Shown piece by piece: positions 1 to 6,975 of a stretch of DNA of 7,196 bases. Made by a program: the position numbers and the translations under genes. Origin of the DNA: Paraphysomonas bandaiensis (Eukaryota; Protista; Chrysophyceae); NCBI GenBank assembly GCA_965644295.1, contig CBFFRP010000227.1, positions 1 through 7,196 of the forward strand, read 5' to 3'. Within the stretch, counting starts at the first letter, position 1; every line of letters begins with the position of its first letter. The notes beneath the pieces are model-generated. The model saw only the letters and a program-made list of their open reading frames with translations, was not told where the DNA came from and did no database searches.

Positions 1-31
1 ACAACCGCTGAAGGCAAGAACTTATACCCAA

Positions 32-495
32 TTATGTCGCTGATCCCTTTGATGGCGGATGGTACTCTGACACACTTTTTGTGTCGAGGTAGAACATCTC
101 TTGAACATGATACCCAACAGGGGATTTTTGTTGAAGTTCGTTGACAACATCAGCGACATTGACAAAACTCTTTCCATTATTTCTTGCCCTCTTTACAGTC
201 CCTTTGATAAAAGCAGTGATGGTATCGGATCGACATTTCCCATGTCCAGGCTCCTCACCAAAATTCTCCAGGATACGAATGCTCGTGTCATCAGTAGCAG
301 TCGTTTTCAAGTGTTCATTCATATCTACCAAAGCACAAAGTGGCAAAGTTGACTTGTAGTAATCGACGTTATCTGTTGCTCGAACTGTGGGGTGTTAAAA
401 GATACAGTCACCATCTCCGACTGGGAGATGGTCTCCGGCAGCAAGGCGAGTCATCTTGCCGGAGTTTCTTCCATCAAGCTCAACAATATGGGTCT
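32..495 (-). pseudogene. Decayed OTU-like cysteine protease sequence (tentative)
   Basis: Extending the 32..346 ORF upstream in frame gives HLPVGDGDCIF, then TAA at 395-397, then HPTVRAT. GDGDCIF resembles the OTU Cys box GDGNCLF. No catalytic His motif is visible in the window. Confidence 0.3.
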
Positions 496-559
496 ACACT
501 ACAATAATACACACTTTTTATTCTCTATCTATATGTATATGGCGCCTGGCTCCTTAATA

Positions 560-588
560 GAAATTGTGGTCATTTTGACCACAATTTC
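560..588. repeat. Perfect 13-bp inverted repeat with 3-nt loop
   Basis: GAAATTGTGGTCA-TTT-TGACCACAATTTC. Confidence 0.9.
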
Positions 589-876
589 AAAGCTCTACAC
601 TCATATTCCATACGAAAAAACACAATACAAAAAAATGAAGTGGGACCAGACTGGTCCGCTTTGTCGAAAAACGTCTCCAAGATAGATACCCGCCTTCCTA
701 GACTTATTCCACAATGATTTCGAACACATTCTGAAAGAAAGATTTCGAGTGTTCAAAAGAAACTTCTTGGAAAACTCTGAAGCCCATATCACTGTATGAG
801 GACTGGAGTCTGCCTTCAGTGTCTTCTATTCACTGTTGCTGTCTACCGTCTGAATAGCTTGCATGTATAGGAAGTA

Positions 877-1117
877 TGTATGTTAGTATGGCAGTCTTTT
901 TTTGCACTTTTTTGGGTTTTTCTCTTAACTGTCACTCTTCACACACACAACCAAACAGACAGCCGAGACTATCCATCGATCAGGCTTGCTCTGGGCTGCA
1001 ATTCATACTAATTGATCATCGACATTCATAATTTGGATGTAAAGTTATTGACGGGCAAAGAGAGGACACTTTCAAGGATTTCGTCGAAACCGTTTTTTTT
1101 GTATGTTAGTATGGCAG
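877..1117. repeat. 18-bp exact direct repeat (877-894 and 1100-1117)
   Basis: TGTATGTTAGTATGGCAG occurs twice, 223 bp apart. Confidence 0.85.
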
Positions 1118-1467
1118 GTTTTCACTGTCGGTGGAAGTCACTTGCACACCATATTATGGAATGATCCCTACATGACGCGTCATGAGAGCTCCATACATTA
1201 CATCTGACATAACCACTAGACTAATTCAACTGTGCTTGATACGCTGATGTGCTCAGATTTTTGTAAATGGTTGTGTAGCATTGTGTAGAGCAGCTTACAC
1301 ACAATGACCTGGTATTTCACTGTAGTGTCTGTAGCTCACCAAGAGTGACATTGATGCACAAATGAAACAATGAAACTTAGTATTTACTATGTTTAAAATG
1401 AGTGTGGACGACCAACGTCACCCTGACAGCGTTGAGCTGATTGAAAGCGACGAGGAATCTCTGGGTT

Positions 1468-1471
1468 GTCA
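1468..1471. repeat. Target-site duplication GTCA (left copy)
   Basis: GTCA directly abuts the LTR at 1472 and recurs at 6524-6527. A 5-bp match fails (TGTCA versus GTCAC). Confidence 0.9.
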
Positions 1472-1860
1472 TGTAATCTTTCTGATGAGAAAGACCGTGT
1501 TTACAACGTTTTATTAATTTAAAGTGCTTCCCAAACCGAGAATACACTGTCCAGAACACCAAACCGGTGAAACTGCCTCCTAACACAAGCAAACCGCGAG
1601 TATAGAATGAATTAAATTACGTTAAAACGTGTAAAGAAAAGAAATGAAAACATACAACACTCTATCTTGCTGTGAATCATCTACAGTTTACAGTATCATA
1701 CTTGTAGTTATACGGGACTTATATCCCTTCAAGAATACAGTAACCGCAATGTATACTAAATAAACTGAAAATGAAAGTACAACAGCATGCTACACCTAGA
1801 GTACCGCAGTATAACACCGTATAACTCCACGTATAACAGTAACTACAGGTATGCGTGACA
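1472..1860 (-). repeat. 3' LTR (389 bp)
   Basis: Direct repeat of 6135-6523, immediately preceded on the minus strand by the polypurine tract. Confidence 0.97.
1510..1515 (-). promoter_or_regulatory. Candidate polyadenylation signal AATAAA in the 3' LTR
   Basis: Minus-strand AATAAA lies 38 nt before the LTR end. The copy in the 5' LTR is at 6173-6178. Confidence 0.4.
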
Positions 1861-1877
1861 CTACCCCTTCTCCCTCC
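1861..1877 (-). other. Polypurine tract (plus-strand primer)
   Basis: The minus strand reads GGAGGGAGAAGGGGTAG directly before the TGT of the 3' LTR, the canonical PPT position. Confidence 0.92.
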
Positions 1878-2107
1878 AGCTAGAGAAAAGAAATAAGAAT
1901 ACATATCAGGGATAGATAGAAGTAATGCTTGTATCAGCCAATAAAGCGTCATTCCAAGCATTAGCAAATAAAAATCCAATTCATGAAATAAAAGTACTAA
2001 ACATACGTAGAGCAATATTATGATAATAAGTATGAATAATAGTATGAATGTTATAATATATATATGATATAATCATGAAATAGTAAATAAATAAAAGTAA
2101 TCAACAA

Positions 2108-3274
2108 TTAGAGGAGAATAGTAGGATATTGTTGGCAGAATGCAGCATCCACCAATACCATAGTAGAAGGATCAAATTCCGTGACTCGACCATAGCAGTG
2201 AACGTCATAGGCACTCCATTCATATGTAGATTGAAACAAAGGGCAATAGAGGTCTATACGTAACTGGCGACGGCCAGCCCACCGCACATAAGAACACTCG
2301 ACAACATACATCGTTGTATAACAATTCGGCAGATTAAGTTCATCATAGAAATCTGAACCCCATGCACGCAAATCTACATAAATTGTTTGACCAGGTGACA
2401 CCCCTTCGATAGGTATACGTTTCAAACGTGCACGTTCAGATTTTGCCATAGCAGCAGAAAACAACAAAGGGAACAATTGAGGTTTCTGCTCACAGAACGA
2501 CTGAAATTGCGAGGTGGAAGCGATATCCTGTGACCATGGAAGCCATAATAACGAACCATCTTCAAACTGAACTTGGAATTCCATTCGAGAACGAACCTCT
2601 GGATCTCCTCGATATGCAATCACAGCAACCACGGTATACTGGTTAAAGTCAATTTGCGCAACACGATATGCCTGCTCAGGCGTACCAAAGCACGGTTTGA
2701 GCCATGACATGTGCAGCACAACTTCAAAACGCATCACAACATGCATGCATGTGACATCAGCCTTATACGTGGAAATCACTTCGTAAGGACCTTTGAAACG
2801 AGGGTACAATTTACTGGGCTTATGTTGAGTTGGATCCAGCCGCAACAAAACTAAATCACCAGGCTGATATTCGTTCAAAGTATGTGCAGGCGTGGCAGAC
2901 TTGCGCTTGTCTTGGATCTTGCGCTGAACATCCATGGCAACCGCTCGAATCTTCTGTAAGTTCTCATTCAAAATAGACACGTAACCCGCAGCAAAAGACT
3001 CATCCATAGTCAGTTCCCCCAACCGAAAATATGGAATATCAACGGTACCAAACACATATTGAAAAGGAGAGAGTCCAGTCTCACTACTGACTTCATCATT
3101 CAAAATGAACTGAATCAACATGTAACACTCAATATCCCCCCATGAATCTTGCAACCTCTCATCGTGGACTAAACCCTGAAGAAATCGCAACAGCTCTCGA
3201 TGAGATCGCTCGACCATGTTGGACTCATGTCGATTAGTTAATAACACTCGAAATCGAACTTCAAACCACTTCAA
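2108..3274 (-). CDS. pol: N-terminally truncated integrase: C-terminal catalytic core, GPY/F module, chromodomain and C-terminal extension
   Basis: RHESNMVERSHRELL matches the region of the catalytic Glu (compare the PQSNGxVER consensus). TGLSPFQYVFG, YQPGDLVLL and KLYPRFKGPYEV form the GPY/F module. YTVVAVIAYRG...FQVQFEDGSLLWLPW is chromodomain-like. The frame is open from 3316, with TGA TAG upstream. The HHCC finger and the first two catalytic Asp motifs are not recognisable. Confidence 0.9.
   Translation of the reverse strand: MKWFEVRFRVLLTNRHESNMVERSHRELLRFLQGLVHDERLQDSWGDIECYMLIQFILNDEVSSETGLSPFQYVFGTVDIPYFRLGELTMDESFAAGYVSILNENLQKIRAVAMDVQRKIQDKRKSATPAHTLNEYQPGDLVLLRLDPTQHKPSKLYPRFKGPYEVISTYKADVTCMHVVMRFEVVLHMSWLKPCFGTPEQAYRVAQIDFNQYTVVAVIAYRGDPEVRSRMEFQVQFEDGSLLWLPWSQDIASTSQFQSFCEQKPQLFPLLFSAAMAKSERARLKRIPIEGVSPGQTIYVDLRAWGSDFYDELNLPNCYTTMYVVECSYVRWAGRRQLRIDLYCPLFQSTYEWSAYDVHCYGRVTEFDPSTMVLVDAAFCQQYPTILL
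2490..2641 (-). other. Chromodomain of the integrase (approximate limits)
   Basis: Pattern Y-x-V-x-x-V/I...F-Q-V-Q-F...W-L-P-W followed by a helix-like segment (SQFQSFC), located after GPY/F as in chromoviruses. Confidence 0.75.
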
Positions 3275-3453
3275 TAGAAACTCCTCATAGAACTCAGCAC
3301 TCTCATATTGTAACTCCTATCACAACGGTAAGGCTCACAACAACCTCAATCCATTCCGAAATAAAATGAATAAAACCATGATAAATATTGCATCATCATA
3401 AATAATAAGATGAACTTTGAAACAAAAGACACTTGCTGGATTTGGAATTGAAC

Positions 3454-4395
3454 TTACTGAATTGATGGCGGCCCTGGCCCATGCTCCGCAATAAACACAA
3501 GATTTGAAAGCAATAAACTCAAACTCTTGTTCAACGTAAGAAACTGAAAAACGTAACAAGCTGCATCTTGCTTTATCAGCATAAACAAGGAATATTCAAA
3601 CACCGAATAATTGAACACTGAAAAAGGTACGACTGACATGCGCTCGATTACATCTGTAGCATCATTGGCAGTAGTCTCTTTTCCAAAGGAATTTGGAATT
3701 ACCATTTCAGGATCAATGGCAACATGCTGCATAACAACTTGAGAATTATCAACAAAAATCTCAGCCTTTTCCACTGACATCTCCATAAAATTTATAAGTC
3801 CACCAAATGAACAGGGTTCTGGCATCAACTCATCTTCCGGAGCAACCCCTGCATTAGGCTTCCCCCATGGCACTCGTGTAGGAACTTTAGTAATTTTGTT
3901 ATAGTCAGTTTCGAAATCATCTATCGAATAGTTAATTTGGCACTCCACGCCAGCAAGCAAGTTTAGATGCATTATAGTATCACCCGAATTCGCATTACTC
4001 GTAGACTGAACCATTTTACAAAACAATTCTGCGAAGTGCTCGCATATAGCTGGCAAACCGATTATAACTTCTTTAGTCAATCCATCCAACACATACAGCT
4101 TTAGCTTAGCACTGTAGATCTTTTCGCAATCCTTAAACTGCATTGTAACAGGAACATATCCCTTTATCTGAACTTCTTTTCCATTGGCTACTCTCACTCG
4201 AATTGGCCTTTCCACTAAATGCTTTTTTAACTTTTCTCCAACTTCGTCCAAATACTCCTTAGAAATAAAATTATCATTGCTCGATCCCGAGTCGAATAAA
4301 GCTACATCCACTACAATTTCATCATTATCATTATTTATTATAATCCCTTCTCTGTGTGCTGCTCTCCAGTATTTGCTGGTAGACATCTTATACAA
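3454..4395 (-). CDS. pol: Retropepsin-type aspartic protease region of a truncated pol, with a C-terminal tail of uncertain origin
   Basis: Active-site motif VALFDSGSSNDNFIS (DSG at 4285-4293), flap-like IRVRVANG, and C-terminal hydrophobic-Gly motif EVIIGLP. The frame is open from 4422, and the first ATG is at 4386. No RT motifs follow. Confidence 0.85.
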   Translation of the reverse strand: MYKMSTSKYWRAAHREGIIINNDNDEIVVDVALFDSGSSNDNFISKEYLDEVGEKLKKHLVERPIRVRVANGKEVQIKGYVPVTMQFKDCEKIYSAKLKLYVLDGLTKEVIIGLPAICEHFAELFCKMVQSTSNANSGDTIMHLNLLAGVECQINYSIDDFETDYNKITKVPTRVPWGKPNAGVAPEDELMPEPCSFGGLINFMEMSVEKAEIFVDNSQVVMQHVAIDPEMVIPNSFGKETTANDATDVIERMSVVPFSVFNYSVFEYSLFMLIKQDAACYVFQFLTLNKSLSLLLSNLVFIAEHGPGPPSIQ

Positions 4396-4422
4396 CTGGG
4401 CAGCATGATAAGTAGAACCCGA

Positions 4423-4520
4423 TCAAAGATCATCAATAGGATCTGTGTCTCCCTGGTCCTCTTGTTCTCGCACAAGCATTCGCACATCCCCTTTCTCGTT
4501 TCCTAGTTTCCTCTGGTACC
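4423..4520 (-). pseudogene. Possible remnant of the Gag C-terminus, in frame with the protease and ending in TGA
   Basis: The protease frame reads WYQRKLGNEKGDVRMLVREQEDQGDTDPIDDL, then TGA at 4423-4425, then SGSTYHAAQLYKM. The segment is charged and more GC-rich than the AT-rich DNA upstream. No Gag motif is recognisable. Confidence 0.35.
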
Positions 4521-6057
4521 AAGGAACACTCCAAAGAAACACCAAGAATAATACTTTCCATATTATTCACAATCACACTTCTTTAATTCCATAATATACA
4601 ACCTCGAATCTCGAATTTTAAACATGAACAACAAGAAGTTCACACATTCCGAATATCGAACAAATAAATCAAGTTTGAACAATCGAACATGCTCCGCTTT
4701 TGAAATATCAAGACTCCAAACTTCTCAAATCTTTTCAACCAATGTAATAATACCATAATATTGTCTCAAATCTCTCGTACAACCTTTTCAAGAAGACACA
4801 CACAACTGAAAACCGTAAGTGTCTTATAACCCGTTTTGACAACTGAATCTGAAAAGTAATCAACAACCATCATACAAATATTTGTGCACCAAACTCTACT
4901 TTGACATATCTTATTTTGTACAATAATTGTAATTCATCCTCTCGATTTTAGAACGAAACAATATTTGATTAATGAAAATATCACCGGACGGACCAATCAA
5001 TAACCACCCCAATCAAAACATCATTCATCTCATTGGTCTTATATTTCAGTAATCATACGTAACGACTTCCCTCAGATACAACATTATAATATAGTAAACA
5101 ATAGAATGATCCACTCAACGCGATCTCATTGAAAAGAATCCAACAATAGAAATATCAACTGAAATAACAACAAGCTCGCAAAGTAATACCCCCCATTTTG
5201 AGTCTCGAAGTTAACCATCACTAGCATATATAATTCTTTCGCATGCAATAGTATTATCAACACCATACCTCCAAATATCATTGACACTTAACCATCGATC
5301 TCATACCCGATGCATAATACAATCGAACGATTGAAAAATACCAGCGACAAAGTTTTCAAAATTTCATTGACATGTTGTATCACTGAACCATATTCACTTC
5401 AACGTAACAGAAACTTCAATTTCGAACAACTTTCAATCAACAACTAACCATGAATTTAGACAGGTTAATTCATTGCATTTATGGATACCATATATTCAAA
5501 TTCAATCCCATTGCAGATCCAAAAAAACTGAGTAACCATTTTATAACCATTAACAAGACAATGAATATCTCCAACTCCTTCCTGTTTCCATTCATTCTCT
5601 TTAATACAAAATGCAAAGCACACTGAAAACATATTGCTCCAAATATACTTTCCTCATACTGAAATTACAACAGCACAATTTACATTCTGTTCACATAGAG
5701 GCAATCGCGTTCATTAAAAACTGTTTACTTCCTCTGGAATTAAACTTTCGTATATGAATCATATAGTATTGCAAAACTTATCCAAACCATACATGACCCT
5801 TGCAAAACTATAACAATAATTGCTTGCCATTGATGTTGAAACCATACCATTGATATTGAACAACTCTTTGCAGACTTTTAACCAATCTCAGACAATACTG
5901 TCATTCATTGAAACTTAATAAATTCACTGAAACCCATTCTTATACATTGAACTTAAAACCGAATTATTCTCTCGTAGTAGTCAGTATATATCACACAGGA
6001 CTATTGAGCATAATTTTAACTAGACATTATTGAATATGAATCACACTTCTCAAAAAC

Positions 6058-6134
6058 TCAGTTTATTTAGTATACATTGCGGTTACTGTATTCTTGAAGG
6101 GATATAAGTCCCGTATAACTACAAGTATTAATAC
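6058..6134 (-). other. Non-tRNA primer-binding region: 71-nt perfect inverted copy of LTR 6361-6431 (putative self-priming PBS)
   Basis: 6058-6128 is the exact reverse complement of 6361-6431 (and of 1698-1768). After a small internal loop, 6131-6139 pairs with 6351-6359. There is no TGG-initiated tRNA complement after the LTR. Confidence 0.8.
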
Positions 6135-6523
6135 TGTAATCTTTCTGATGAGAAAGACCGTGTTTACAACGTTTTATTAATTTAAAGTGCTTCCCAAACC
6201 GAGAATACACTGTCCAGAACACCAAACCGGTGAAACTGCCTCCTAACACAAGCAAACCGCGAGTATAGAATGAATTAAATTACGTTAAAACGTGTAAAGA
6301 AAAGAAATGAAAACATACAACACTCTATCTTGCTGTGAATCATCTACAGTTTACAGTATCATACTTGTAGTTATACGGGACTTATATCCCTTCAAGAATA
6401 CAGTAACCGCAATGTATACTAAATAAACTGAAAATGAAAGTACAACAGCATGCTACACCTAGAGTACCGCAGTATAACACCGTATAACTCCACGTATAAC
6501 AGTAACTACAGGTATGCGTGACA
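6135..6523 (-). repeat. 5' LTR (389 bp)
   Basis: Reads TGTCACGC...GATTACA on the minus strand. No difference from 1472-1860 was found by eye (offset 4663). It lies upstream of the minus-strand ORFs. Confidence 0.97.
6426..6437 (-). promoter_or_regulatory. Initiator-like motifs (TCATTT-TCAGTT), candidate transcription start in the 5' LTR
   Basis: The minus strand reads CTTTCATTTTCAGTTT. TCAGTT begins exactly at 6431, where the 71-nt self-complementary segment begins. Short motif, supported mainly by position. Confidence 0.4.
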
Positions 6524-6527
6524 GTCA
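6524..6527. repeat. Target-site duplication GTCA (right copy)
   Basis: GTCA lies directly after the LTR end at 6523 and matches 1468-1471. Confidence 0.9.
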
Positions 6528-6975
6528 CGATACAGGCGCCCTACCATTCTCTGTATTTAACGTGCATGATAGTGACATAAAATGTTGTTACGACGGTATT
6601 AGGTATACAAGGGAACACCTTGGTCCTAATGAAGCTATAGTAGCGTTTTACATGGCAATCAGAGTGCTAAGCATCGAGAAGGGATAGAGCACAATATGAT
6701 ACCGAGAGGTGTGATGCGTTCTCACTCGCTTTTGCAGTGACCTGTCAATGGATTTATACTTAGATTCGGTATTAACATTCAATAATGTACTTGGTGGAAT
6801 AACCCTTGCCACGAATGGGAATGGTTGCGCTGTGCACAACAGAAACTGCACAGGAGTTAGAATTGTGCAATCGTTAGTGATTGGATCTACATACTGGGCT
6901 AGTGATGGGCCACTACACCAACGCGGCATTGGGATAGAGGTAGTAGTTTATACCGCCTATCTCATTCAGCAGTAG
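6528..6975 (+). pseudogene. 3' part of a decayed ORF interrupted by the retrotransposon (5' part at 1389-1471), weakly SET-like
   Basis: Removing the element and one TSD copy joins ATG 1389 to TAG 6685-6687 as an 80-codon ORF. ORF 6748..6975 is in the same frame after three stops. Confidence 0.3.

Larger units (their letters stand above)
1472..6523 (-). mobile_element. Ty3/Gypsy (chromovirus-like) LTR retrotransposon, intact ends, internally deleted and non-autonomous
   Basis: 389-bp direct repeats at 1472-1860 and 6135-6523 with TGT...ACA termini. GTCA is duplicated at 1468-1471 and 6524-6527. A polypurine tract adjoins the left LTR. On the minus strand the order is protease, then integrase C-terminal half with GPY/F motif and chromodomain at the 3' end, as in Gypsy chromoviruses. 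Confidence 0.96.

Noticed and set aside
101-685. Plus-strand ORFs 101..352, 141..359 and 392..685
   Set aside because: They are short, have no recognisable domain and lie antisense to the more protein-like minus frame.
32-864. Alternative genetic code (TAA/TAG as Gln) to explain in-frame stops in the left flank
   Set aside because: The two long, Gln-containing retroelement ORFs have no internal TAA or TAG and both end in TAA. Ordinary pseudogene decay is the simpler explanation.
1377-2015. Small ORFs overlapping the LTRs (1377..1592 and 1719..2015; also 6067..6255)
   Set aside because: They cross LTR boundaries, have no recognisable motifs and are probably chance frames.
2016-2107. AT-rich short repeats (AGTATGAAT twice) in the 3' UTR
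   Set aside because: Low-complexity sequence with no array structure. It is not a CRISPR or satellite.
3335-3559. LIIYDD in a 74-aa ORF as an RT YxDD remnant
   Set aside because: The motif is YDD rather than YxDD, and no other RT motifs occur at the expected spacing.
6115-6134. Canonical tRNA primer-binding site
   Set aside because: The sequence after the LTR reads GTATTAATAC (a 10-bp palindrome) with no TGG, and it is explained by complementarity to the LTR.
6140-6236. CTGATGA...GAAA(C), resembling a hammerhead ribozyme core in the LTR
   Set aside because: It lies on the antisense strand. CTGATGA runs straight into GAAA with no helix II and sits in a simple 7-bp hairpin (TCTTTCT-GATG-AGAAAGA). 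I could not build helices I and III with the distal GAAAC.
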